Shown: positions 26,301-38,739 of the stretch, piece by piece
How positions within the stretch are numbered: the stretch's first letter is position 1
Layout: each line of letters begins with the position of its first letter
NCBI RefSeq assembly: GCF_009834535.1
Contig: NC_045696.1
Span: forward strand, 39,372,001-39,436,000
Source of the DNA: Camelus ferus
Taxonomy: Eukaryota
DNA: 64,000 nucleotides
Direction: 5' to 3'
Translations under genes and position numbers: made by a program
The notes under the pieces: generated by a model
Database searches by the model: none
Told to the model about the DNA's origin: nothing
The model's input: the letters and a program-made list of their open reading frames with translations, nothing else

Positions 26301-28600
26301 TTATACCTGTTATATTTGTTTTATATATTTAGGGTCCTATACTGGGTGCATATGTGCTAACAAGTGTAATATCCTCTTCTTGTATTGATCCATTTATCAT
26401 TATATAATGCTCTTCATTGTCTTTCATCATGGCCTTTGTTTTAAAGGACTGTTCACTTTTAAGCTATTGAGTTATATGTATATTTGGATATTTTGGATTT
26501 TAGCTCCTTATCAGATATATTATTTTCAATTATCTTCTCCCATTCAGTAGGTTGCCTTTTCATTTTGTTCATGGTTTCCTTTGCTGTGCAGAAGCTTTTC
26601 AATTTGATATAGTCTCACTTGCTTATTTTTACTTTTGTTGCTTTTGCTTTTGGTGTCAGATTAAAAAATCTTTGCCATGACTTATGTCATGGAGCTTATG
26701 ACCTATGTTTTCATCTAGGAGTTTTGTGTTGTCAGGTCCTATGTTCAAGTCTTTAATTCACTTAGAGTTAATTTTTCTATATGATACAAAATAGTGCTCC
26801 AATTTTATTCTCTTCTATGTGGCTGTCCAGGTTTCTCAGTGACAGTAATTAAAAAAAAACTGTCCTTTCCCCATTCTATATTCTTGGCTCCTTCATCATA
26901 AATTAATTATAACATATATGCATAGGTTTATTTCTGGGCTCTCTATTCAGTTCCATTGATTTATGTGTCTCTTTTATGCCAATATGCTGTTTTAATTACC
27001 ATAGCTTTGTAATACAGTTTGAAATTAGGGAGAGCGATGCCCCTGGCTTTATTGTGTTTTCACAATATTGCTTTGAGAAATACTGCTTTTTTCCTTTTTG
27101 TTTTCTGTATATCTCATGTATTTCTGTTCATCTAATTTTCTAATGCTTCATTAAGCGAGTATTTCCTAATGTAACATTTTAATTTCTTTAATAATTCACT
27201 CTTTCTAAATATCATATTATATCATATTATATCTTATCACATTTATATTGTATAGTTTTCTGTGATTGCTCTAGGGTTTAAACATACATCCTACAAGAAT
27301 CATCATCCAATTTATACTAGCTTAACTCTAGCAATATATAAAAATGTTACAACTATATAACTCTTTTTACTTTGTTTCATTTTGTGGTATTAGTATTATA
27401 TCATATTACAGGTATTAATGTTTCAAACACATATACATTGTTATAATTTTCACTTTGCAATCTGTTATCATTTCCTTAGCCCAATAAATTTTATTATGAC
27501 TCACCTTCTTTGTGAGTTACTGGTAATATATTACACACGTATAACATTTCTATAAGTTACAGGTCTGAGATTTTATTACATACATATTATTTTAGAAAAA
27601 TTGATATTTAAATCAATTATTAGGGAAAAAACATAAAAATGGGCATTTAAGTGGGGGAGGGTATGGCTCAAGTGGTAGAGTGCATGCTTAGCATGCATGA
27701 AGTCCTGGATTCAATGCCCAGTACCTTCTCTAAAACTACATAAATCTAATTACTTCCCCACCCTGCCCTGCCAGAATGAAAAAAGAAATAGGCATTTAAA
27801 CTGTTACAATTGCCTAGTTATTTTACTAATGCTCTTTGGCTTTCTGCATGGATTTGAATTCCTTCCTAAGCTACTTGCTTTTGGCTTGTAAATTTTCTTT
27901 AAATGTTCTTTTAATGTTCCTATAAGATACATCTACTAGCAACAGATTCTCTGTTTTTGTTTATTTGGGTGAACCCTTAATTTGCATTTACTTTTGAAAT
28001 ATAGCTTTACTGGAAATGAGATTCTTATCTGATGGGGTTATTTTCCCCCTGAGCACTATATATATGTTATCCAACTGCTTTTGGTCTAAATCATTTCTAC
28101 TGAGAAGTCAGCATTAAACTTCTTGGGGTTCCCCAATAAGTGATGGGTGATCTTCCTTTTGCTGTCTTCAAGATTTTCTATCTTTGAGTTTCAGCAGTAG
28201 TACTACGTAATACCTTTTTATTAATGTCCTTCCATTTTTTACTTTCTACTGTCTTTGAGTTTCAGAAGTATTAATATTATGTATCTCTTTATTAATGTCC
28301 TTGCATTTTTTACATTTTGAATACCTTAAACACCCTGGATGTGTAAGTCACTGTTCTGCAATAAACTTGGGAAGCTTTATCCCATTATTTCTTCAAATAT
28401 TTTTTCTGCTTCTTTCTCACTTTCTTCTCTTCCTGGTACTCCTATATGCATATGCTGATGCATTTAGTGGTATCCCTAATTTCTCTGACACTCTGTTGGT
28501 TTTTCTCCATTCTTCTCTCTCTGTATCTTTTGAAATGCATATTCCCTATAGATATAGCTTCAAGTTAACTCATTCTACCTTTTGTCAGTTCAAATCTATG
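23341..28600 (-). mobile_element. Series of antisense L1 fragments of several ages (ORF2 pieces to about 27080, then older ORF1/inter-ORF sequence)
   Basis: Continuous antisense L1 text with junctions near 23490, 25480, 26447 and 27080. Confidence 0.75.
27653..27785 (+). mobile_element. tRNA-derived SINE (camelid vic-1-like) with target-site duplication
   Basis: gggggagggtatggctcaagtggtagagtgcatgcttagcatgcatgaagtcctggattcaatgccc carries A and B boxes. TSD aaat(g/a)ggcatttaa at 27637-27650 and 27786-27799. Confidence 0.85.
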
Positions 28601-30894
28601 CATGAGAAGTTGGTTGCCAAGATGGTGGAGTAGGAAGACCCTAAACCCACCTCATCCCATGGGCACACCAAAACTATAACCATGTAAAGATAAACTGTTC
28701 ATGAAAATGGCCAGAAGACTAGAAGAAAAGGCATTCTAAAGCTAAGGACATGAAGAAGGAATCACACTGAAATGGATATAAGAGGAGGAAATGCAGTATA
28801 GTCAAGACCCATACCCTAGGTAAGTGACTCTTACATGGGAGGATAATTACAATCATACAGGTTGTCTCTGAGAGAGAGGAGTCTCAGTTCCACATTGGGC
28901 TCACCAGCCTTGGGAATCCTGTACCAGGAAGATGAGCAGATCTGAAGTCACACACAGGATGAAAATGAAGGGATAGGAAAAGGGTATTCCATACCAATGG
29001 AAATGAAAAGAAAGCAAAGGAAGCAAAGCTTGAATCACACAAAATAGACTTTAAAACAAAGACCATAATAAGGGAGAAAGAACATTTCACAATGATCAAG
29101 GCATCAATTATATAACAACATATAATAATTGTAAATAAATATACACCCAACAAAGGAACATCTGTATATACAAAGCATACATTAACATATAAAGGGAGAA
29201 ATTGACAGTAACATAATAATAGTAGGGGACTTAAACAATCCTGTTACATCAATGTACAGATCATCCAGATAAATGATCAATAAGGAAAAGACTGACCTTA
29301 AATGATATATTAGACCAAATAGATTTAACATATCTATATAGAACATCTCATCTAAAAGTAGCAGAAGACACAATCTTTTCAAGTGTACATGAAACATTTT
29401 CCTGAATAGATCACATGCTAGACCATAAAATGAGTCTTGGTACATTTAAGAAAATTAGAATCATATCAAGCATCTTTTCCTAACATAAGGCAATGGGATG
29501 AGAAATCAACTACAGGAAAAAACTGCAAAACACAGACAGAAGAGGCTAAACAATATACTACTAAAAAATGAAAAAACTAAAGAAAAAGTGAAAAAAATCT
29601 AGATACACATGAAAGTGAAAACACAATGATCCATAATCTATGGTATTCAGCAAAAGCAGCTTAGAGGAACATTTATACTGATACAAGCCTACCTCAGGAA
29701 ACAGGAAAAATATCTCAAATAAATAATCTAATCTCACATTGCAGAAATTAGAAAACGAAGAACAAACAAGTCCAAAATGAGTAGAAGGAACTAAATTATA
29801 AAGATCAGAGCAGAAAGTAATGAAATAGAGACTAAAAAACAATGGAGAAGATCAATAAAATTGAGATCTGGCTTACTGAAAAGATGAACAAAATTGATGA
29901 AACTTAGTCAGAGTCATAAAGAAAAAACTAAAGCCAAAATCAATAAAATCAAAAATGAAAAAAGAAAAGTTAACATCAACACCACAGAAATACAAAAGAT
30001 AATAAAAAATATTATGAACAATTATATACCAATCAAATGGACAACCAAGAATAAATGGACAAGGCTAGAAATATACAATCTACCAATACTGAACTATGAA
30101 AAATATGAATAGAGAAATAACTAGTAATGAAATTGAATCAGTAATTTAAGAATTCCCAGCAACAAGAGTAGGAACAGAGGGCTTCATGGATGAATTCTAA
30201 ACAACATTTAGAGAAGACTTCGCATCAATTCTCAAACCACTCCCAATTACTTGCAGGGGAAGAAATGCTTCCAAACTCTTTCCTTGATACCAGCCCCATC
30301 CTAATACCAAAACCAGACAAAGATACCATATAAAATGAAAAATTACAGGTCAATATCACTGATGAACATAGATGCTAATAATCCTCAATAAAACATTAGT
30401 ACATCATGTTTCAGTCTATATGATTACTAGTCTAAAGCAAAGAGATTTAGTAATGGGTTAATACATTTGAAAAACAAGGTAACCACAAATCAAAAGCATA
30501 AAATAGAATCACAAATACCAAAAAGAAAGGAAATAAAGCTTATACAAAAGAAAATTATCAAGCCAGACACACACACACAAAAGAAAGGAATAAAAAAGAA
30601 ATACAAAATCAACTGGAAAACAAAGTATAAAATGGCAATAAACACACATCTATCAATAATAACCATAAATACAGTGGACTAAATGATCCAAACAAAAGAC
30701 ATAAAGTAGTAGATTGGATAATAAAACAAAACTCTACAATATACTCCATACAAGAGACCCACTTTAGGGCAAAGGATACACACAGATTGAATGTGAGAGG
30801 ACAGAAAAAGATATAGCATGCAAATGGAAACGACAAGAAAGTGGGGGTAGCAATACTCATATCAGACAAAACAGACTAAAACAAAGGCCATACA

Positions 30895-31281
30895 AGACAG
30901 AAAGAGAAAGAAAAATACCATATGATATCACTTGTATGTGGAATCAAAAAAGAAAAAAAAAGATGAAATTATTTACAAAACAGAAACAGACTTACAGACA
31001 TAGAAAACAAACTTACGGTTACCAGGGGAGGAAGGGGGGGGTGGGAAGGAATAAATTGGGAGTTCAAGATTTGTAGATACTAATATATAAAAAATAGACA
31101 AACAACAAAAATATACTGTATAGCACAGGAAACTATATTCAATATCTTGTAGTAACTTATGGTGAAATGAGAATATGAAAACAAATATATGTATGTTCCT
31201 ATATAACTGAAGTATTATACTGTACATCAGAAATTGACACAACACTGTAAACTGACTATACTTCTACAAATATATGTGAAA
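30895..31281 (+). mobile_element. Short L1 3'-end insertion within the nested L1
   Basis: Perfect 17-bp TSD aaaacaaaggccataca at 30878-30894 and 31282-31298. Sequence parallels the 3'UTR at about 34478-34960. Confidence 0.92.
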
Positions 31282-34200
31282 AAAACAAAGGCCATACAGA
31301 AAGATAAATAAGGACACCATATAATGACAAAAGCAGCAATAAAAGAAGAGGCTATTATACTCATTAACATATATGCACCCAATATAGGAGTATCTAAATA
31401 TAGAAGACAAATACTAACAGACATAAAGGGACAAACTGGTGGGAATACAGTAATAGTAAGAGACTTTAACATCCTACATCATTGGACAGGACTTCCACAC
31501 AGAAAATCAGTAAGGCAATGAATGGCAACATTAGATGACACAACAGAACAATTAGATTTAATTGATATTTTTTAGAACATACATCCCCCAAAAACAGAAT
31601 ATACATTCCTTTCAACTGCACATGGAACATTCTCTAAGATATACCACATATTCAGACATAAAAGAATCCTCAAAAAATTTAGGAAGATAGAAATTATTTC
31701 AAACATCTTTTCTGATCACAATGGTATGAAACTAAAAATCCACCACAGAAAGAAAAACAAGAAAATGACTGCATAGAGACAAAACAACATGCTACTAAAA
31801 AAACAATGGATCAATGATGAAATAAAATTAAAAATTAAAAAATACTTTGAGACCAATGACAATGAAAATACAACCATGCACAATCTATGGGATGCAGCAA
31901 AAGCAGTACTAAGAGGGAAGTTCATAGTGATACAGGCCTTCCACAAAAAATAAGAACAACCTCAAACACCCTAACCTACCACCTAAAAAATTAGAGAAAG
32001 AAGAATAAATAAAACCCAAAGTCAGCAGATGGAAATAATAATAAAGATCAGAGAGGAAATAAATAAAATAGAAATTTTTTTAAATAGGAAAAATCAATCA
32101 AACCAAGAACTATTTTTTTGAAACAGGGGAATTCTACTAAATGTACAAACAAAAACTCATACCAATCCTTCTGAAACTCTTCCAGGAGATCGAAGAGGAG
32201 GGATCACTCCCAAACTCATTCTATGAAGCCACCATCACCCTGATACCAAAACCAGACAAAGACACTACCAAAAAAGAAAATTGTAGGCCAGTATCTCTGA
32301 TGAACGTAGATGCAAAAATTCTCAACAAAATATTTGCAAACAAAATTCAACAACACATGAAAAAGATCATACACTATGATCAAGTTGGATTCTCCCAGGG
32401 ACACAAAAATGGTTCAACATACTCAGCAATCAATGTGATATACCACATCAATAAAAGAAAGAACAAAAATCACGTGATCATCTCAATAGATGTAGAAAAA
32501 GCATTTGCTAAAATTCAACACCTGTTTATGATAAAAAAAAAAAAACTCTTACCAAAGTGAGTATAGAGGGAACATATCAAAATATAATAGAAGCTTATTT
32601 ATGACAAATCCACAAGCAACATAATATTCAACAGTGTAAAATTGAAAGCCTTCCCACTAAAATCTGACACAAGACAAGGATGTTCACTCTCAGCACTTCT
32701 ATTCAACATAGTATTAGAAATCCTAACCATAGCAATCATGCAAGAAAGATAAAAGGGATCCAAATTGGAAGACAATAGGTAAAAGTGCCACTATATGCAG
32801 ATGACATGATCCTCTGCATAGGAAACCTCAGAGGTTCCACATAAAAACTACTAGAGCTGATAAAAGAATTTGGCAAAGTATCAGGATACAAGATTAACAA
32901 ACAGAAATCAGTTGCATTTCTTTACACTAACAATGAAATATCAGAAAAGGAAAGTAAAGAAATAATCCCTTCTAAAATCACATCAAAATCATAAAATAAA
33001 ATACTTAGGAATAAACCTGACCAAGGAGGTGAAAGACTTATACGCAGAGAACTACAAAACACTGATAAAAGAAATTAAAAATGATTTAAAGAAATGGAAA
33101 GGTATCTGATGCTCTTGGACTGGAAGAATCAATATTGTTATAATGGCCATACTTCCCAAGGTAATCTACAGACTTAATGTGATCCCTATCATATTACCCA
33201 GGGTATTTTTCACAGAACTAGAACAAATAATCCTAAAATTTATACGGGATCACAAAAGACCCAGAATTGCCAAAGTAATACTGAAGACAAAGAATGAAGA
33301 AGGAGGAATAACCCTCCCTGACCTCAGACAATACTACAGAGCTACAGTAATCAAAACAGCAAGGTACTGGCACAAAAACAGATCTATGGATCAATGGAAC
33401 AGAATAAAGAGCCTGGAAATAAACCCACACACCTATGGTCAATTAATCTTTGGCAAAGGAGGCAAGAATATATGATGGAGAAAAGAAAGTCTCTTCAGCA
33501 AGTGGTGTTGGGAAAGGTGGACAGCTGCATGCAAATCAATGAATTTAGAGCACTTCCTCACACCATACTCAAAAATAAACTCAAAATGCTTTAAAGACTA
33601 AACATAAGACACTATAAACCTCCTAGAAGAAAACATAGACAAAACATTCTCCGACATAAATCTTACCAATATTCTCCTAGGGCAGTCTACCCAGGCAATA
33701 GAAATAAAAACCAAGAAACAAACAACAAAAAAAAACCCCCAAATGGAACCTAGTTAAACTTATATGCTTTTGCACAGCAAAGAAAATCATAAACAAAATC
33801 AAAAGCCTATGGAATGGAAAAAACTATTTGCAAATGATGCAACTGACAAGGGCTTAATCTCCAGAATATACAAATAATTCATATAACTGAATAACAAAAA
33901 ACAAACAACCCAGTCCAAAATGGGCAGAAGACCTAAACAAGCAATTTTCCAATGAAGACATTCAGATGGCTAATAGGCACATAAAAAGATGCTCAACATC
34001 GCTAAGTATCAGAGAGATGCAAATCAAAACTACAATGAGGTATCTCCTCACAGCAATAAGAATGGCCATAATGAAAAAGTCCACAAACAGTAAATTCTGG
34101 AGAGGGTGTGGAGATAAGGGAACCCTCCTATACTGTTGGTGGGAATGTAATTTGGTGTAGCCACTACGGAAAACAGTATGGAGATTTCTTAAAAAAACTA

Positions 34201-34772
34201 AAAATAGCTTTACCCTTTGATCCAGTAATCAACTCCTGGGTATATATCTGGAGAAAAGTCCAGTTTGAAAAGATACATGCCCTCGATGGTGATAGCAGCA
34301 CTATTTACAATAGCCAAGACATGGAAGAAACATAAATGTCCATTGACAGATGACTGGATAAAGAAGTTGTGGTATATTTATACAATGGAATACTACTCAG
34401 CCATAAAAAAATAATAAAATAATGCTATTTTCAGCAACATGGATGGCCCTGGAGAATGTCATTCTAAGTGAAGTAAGCCAGAAAGAGAAAGAAAAATACT
34501 ATATGATATCACTCATATGTGGGATCTAAAAAAAAAAAAAAAACGACAAATGAACTTATTTACAAAACAGAAACAGACTCACAAACACAGAAAACAAATT
34601 TATGGTTACCAAGGGGAAAGGAAGAGGATGGGACAAATTGAGAGTTCGAGATTTGCAGTTACTGACTGGTATATATAAAAGAGATAAACAAGTTTATACT
34701 GTACAGCACAAGAAACTATATTTGATATCTTGTAGTAGCTTAAAGTGAAAAAGAACATGAAAACAAACATAT

Positions 34773-34865
34773 GGGGTGTGGGTATAGCTCATTGGTAGAG
34801 TGCATGCTTAGTATTCATGAGGTCCTGGGTTCAATCCCCCAGCACTGCCATTAAAAAAAAAATAA
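34773..34865 (+). mobile_element. tRNA-derived SINE (vic-1-like, short form) in the L1 3'UTR
   Basis: ggggtgtgggtatagctcattggtagagtgcatgcttag...gggttcaatccccc plus A tail. TSD gaaaacaaacatat (34759-34772) and gaaaacgaatatat (34866-34879). Confidence 0.88.
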
Positions 34866-36339
34866 GAAAACGAATATATGTATATTCATGTATGACTGAA
34901 GCATTGTGCTGTACACCAGGAATTGACACAACATTGTAAACTGACTATACTTCAAAAAAAAGAATAAGAAAAGACTTTTTTTTAAAACCATTAGCACATC
35001 AAATTCAAAAATGCATTAAAAGAATCATATACCATGATCAACTGGGATTTATCCAGGGATGAAAAGGTTTATTATCCACAAACCAATCAACCATTAATAA
35101 ATTGAAAAAGAATCATATCTCAAAAAAGGAAGAAAACGAATATCTGTATATTCATGTATGACTGAAGCATTGTGCTATACACCAGGAATTGACAAAGCAA
35201 AAGCAAAAATAAACAAGTGGGACTACATAAAACTAAAAATATTCTGCACAGCAGAAGAAACCATTACCAAAGGGAATGGGAGAAAATATTGACAATACAT
35301 GTATTTGAAAAGGGGTTAATATCCAAAATACATAAGAAACTCATATAAATCAACAGAATAATAATAATAATAATATTAAAAGTGGGCAGAGAATGTTAAT
35401 AGACATTTTTCCAAAGAAGACATATACAAGGTATAAGAAAAAAGCTCAACATTACTATCCATCAAGGAAACACAAATCAAAACCATACTGAAATATTGTC
35501 TCACACCTGTTAGAAGAACTGTCATTTAGGAGACAAGAGATAAGTGTTTGCAATGATCAGAAGAAAAAGGAACCCTCATGTACTGTTGGTGGGAACGTAA
35601 ATTGGTACTATGAAAAACAACATTAAGGTTTTTCCAAAAATTAAAATAGGACTACCATATAATCCAGCAATCTCATTTCTGGTTATAGATCTTAAGAAAA
35701 TGAAATTATTATCTAGAAGCAATATCTGCACCCTCAAGTTCATTATAGCATTATTCACAACAGCCAAAACAAGAAACAATGTAAGGGTCCGTGGTGGAAT
35801 GAATAGATACAGAGAATGTGATGCACGCACACACAATGGAATATTATTCAGCCATAAAAAGAACGAAATCCTGCCATTTGAAACAATATGGATGAACTTT
35901 GAGGACATTATGCTAAACCTAAAAAAAAAAAAACCAATTCATAGAAACAGAGTAGGATGGTGGTAGTCAAGGGCTGAGGACCAGGGAAATGGCGCGCTGT
36001 TGGTCAAACGGTAAAAACTCCCAGTTATAAGATGACAATATAACTGTAGTTACAGTTAACGATACTGTTTTATACACTTGAAACCTACTGAAATAATAAA
36101 TAGTAAAAGTTCTCACCACACACCCAAAAAAAGGGTAATTATGTAACGTAAGTAACTAAACTCATGTCGCAATCACTTCACAATATACACCTGTATCAAA
36201 TCATTACACTGTACCGTTTAAGCTCACACAATGTTGTATGTCAATTATATCTCAAAAAGACAGCAAAAAAAAGAAGAAAAAAAAAGAAGAACAAGAAAGA
36301 AAGGTACTTACCACTATGCATGTACCTGAGGCTGTTCCT

Positions 36340-36800
36340 CAGGGGAAAAGCTCCGAGAACCGGCAGCAGCCGCCTCCTGAGATGAACTCTAGACTCGCGC
36401 CAGGAGGAACTGGCCCTGAGGGTATGCACTGCAACAGGGTGCTTGGGTGGCTGTGGCCTGGGACCTTGGCCGACCTCGGTGCGGTGCCCCAGTGCCCACT
36501 CAGAAGCTGGCACAGCTGCGCGGGACTTGCCGCCTCCGCCTCGGGAAGCAGACAGACCACGGGTCCCCTGCGCATGCGCACTTCACTCCCCCGTGCTGGC
36601 CTCGGGCGGTCGCGCGCCTGCTGTCTTTCTGCCAGGAGCGCAGTCGTCAGTGCCCCACACCTGGCGGGGCTCCTGGAGTGAGGTGCTTCTGCGTTGTGAC
36701 TCTGACCTGGGCGCTGGGGGAGGCTTCCGTCAGGCTTCAGTCAAGATTAGGATTTGCTTCATAGGTTGCATTGGCCAGACTGCTCACAAACGGGTCCGAG
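36340..36800. promoter_or_regulatory. Small CpG island / candidate promoter with a perfect NRF1 site
   Basis: About 30 CpGs counted by hand in about 450 bp of GC-rich sequence, in an otherwise CpG-depleted window. TGCGCATGCGCA at 36569-36580. Confidence 0.7.
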
Positions 36801-38077
36801 AGGAGGAGCACCCTGGTGTTTCTCATCCCAGGCATTTAATTTTGATGTATATTTTTGCTTATGGATAGGGAGATATTTCAGCTTAATATTTTTAAGTTAA
36901 AATGCTCTTTCCAATATGATCTCACTTTCTTAAAGGAATATGAGAAACATTCTGAAAGAATATATTTAAAATGACAGTAGTAACTTCACGTAGCCACCAA
37001 GGGTGTCTATTTCTTTAAATTTTAGCTTCCTTTTATACATTTCTGATTTTATGTCTTCGTTTCATTTTTTTCTATGAGTATGTATGAAAGTAATCATTTT
37101 ATAGTAATAACTTTTCATTCTAATGAATGTAAATTTATAAAGAACTGGTGGACATTGGCATTCTTTTCTGCCGTAAAAGTTACCTTCACTTACTGTTTTT
37201 AATGCCTGTGTCAGATTGACATGTCCAAGTCAGGTTGGCTTGATGCAGAATCTACTCCTCAGGTTGGAAAGCCACCTTAAGTCAGTGATGGAGTCAGTGT
37301 ATTGCTCATTTACTAAAAGAGAAAAGCCAGCCTGTTTCTCCCAAACACTAGGGCTTGAAGGGACCAATCATAGTAATCTCACTTCACCCTCCCTGGAAGT
37401 GCTCTGATTATGGGCTGATTCAGAGCCCCAGCAGGAACCCAGAATAGAGAGTGATGAGGTTGAGCAACCAGCTATAATGAGCCCAGGAACCTGCACATAC
37501 ACTTACACAAGTGGAAGGGAGACCAGATAGGAGAACCAAGGGGAGAATGGAACCAGAGAGAGCTGCTCTAAGTAAACAGATCTGGAGAAGATGAGGAAGC
37601 AGACAGCAATAGGGATAGACACAGACTGGAGTAAGGAAAATGGAAAAGAGAGTGAGGTAGAAGAAAGGGAGCTACACAATGAAGGGAAATACTGTAGAGG
37701 CTACTCCAGAGTGTGTGTCACTCACTTAAGGAGAAATGAAATGACACCGAGCTTGATCTAGTGGTGATTACATTAGATGAGTATATTAACAGGTAAAAAT
37801 GCATTGGACTGCACACATAAGACAAATATATATATTACATGTGCATTATATCTTAATTTTTTAAAATACATCAAACTTCAATGGTGAACTCAGATTCTGA
37901 TAGCTGAAAGGCCCCTGGTAATTGAGGAAGGAAGTCAAGAAGAATCCATTCACACTAACAGGGAGCAAAGTAAAAACAAAAACTTGAAGAAAAAAATTAT
38001 GATTTTCCAAAAAAGTACCAAATGGCAATTCCTTTTCTTTCCTTCAACTCAAGCTGCACCGCTATCTTAATCGTCAA

Positions 38078-38230
38078 GATTATAAATATAAATAACTTGA
38101 TATATATATATATCAATATAAATTTATAATATCAATAACTGATATTTATGTTTAATATAAATAACTTGATATTTATATCAATTATACAAATATATCAAAA
38201 TATTGATATGTATATAATATTAATATAAAT
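38078..38230. repeat. AT-rich low-complexity tract with internal direct and inverted repeats
   Basis: aatataaataacttgatat occurs twice; (TA)n run; ttgata/tatcaa inverted units. Confidence 0.8.
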
Positions 38231-38739
38231 GAGATTCTGATATAGGGCACCAAAATGAAACAACTTAAAGATGCTTCTTTTTTTTCAGCTCCAGATTAGA
38301 AAATACTTAAGATTCTTTTGGATAAAGAAGTCATATTCGCTAAAAATCATTAATACCTCCTTGAAGATGAAACTTTTGTCTTTTGAGGTTTTGTTGTTGG
38401 TACTAAGTTATATTTGTATAAGGCTTCTGTTCTCAATCAAAGCAGCCATTGTTATTGTTACTAAGTGCTTTTGTAGTTGGCAGGCCTCACATCTTACAAG
38501 AGAAGGAGGGCAAGAAATATTTATTGACTAAATTACTGTGGTTTAATGGTGCTAGGAATTCAAGCCAATAACAATTCAAGGTACCATTTTAAAGCTGAAG
38601 ACAAGAGTGCAGAGGTCCTTTATGAAACAAACCTTTGATACAGACTATCTAGGGACCAGGAACTAGAGTAATTTGCCTGAGATTGGATTGTTGTCATTTC
38701 CTTAATAATAAGAATTGGTTATCAGCTTGCTGGAGAGAT

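Larger units (their letters stand above)
30407..34983 (+). mobile_element. Younger 5'-truncated L1 (inter-ORF, ORF2, 3'UTR) inserted into the host L1
   Basis: TSD aaaacattagtacatca (30390-30406) and aaaccattagcacatca (34985-35001). ORF2 fragments [19 protein letters not shown] and [12 protein letters not shown]. Internal deletion near 32125. Confidence 0.9.
28602..36302 (+). mobile_element. Composite sense L1: host element (5'UTR 28602-28937, ORF2 to 30406, resuming 34984-36302 with an A-rich tail) carrying nested insertions
   Basis: 5' signature gccaagatggtggagtaggaagaccc followed by ORF2 text. The host resumes after a TSD. 3'UTR and A-rich tail at about 36254-36302. Confidence 0.85.

Noticed and set aside
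32141..33475. ORFs of 139 and 110 aa with reverse-transcriptase similarity
   Set aside because: Broken L1 ORF2 fragments with stops and frameshifts, not a functional RT or a novel retroelement system.
34773..34850. Possible tRNA gene (also 27653-27725)
   Set aside because: A tails, TSDs and a degenerate cloverleaf indicate SINEs.
28597..36322. ctatgcatg on both sides of the composite L1 as a TSD
   Set aside because: Only 9 bp, not adjacent to the A tail, and the neighbouring bases do not match.
36238..36868. Several overlapping ORFs of 80-147 aa
   Set aside because: Expected from stop-codon scarcity in GC-rich sequence. No recognisable domain, and one begins inside the L1 tail.
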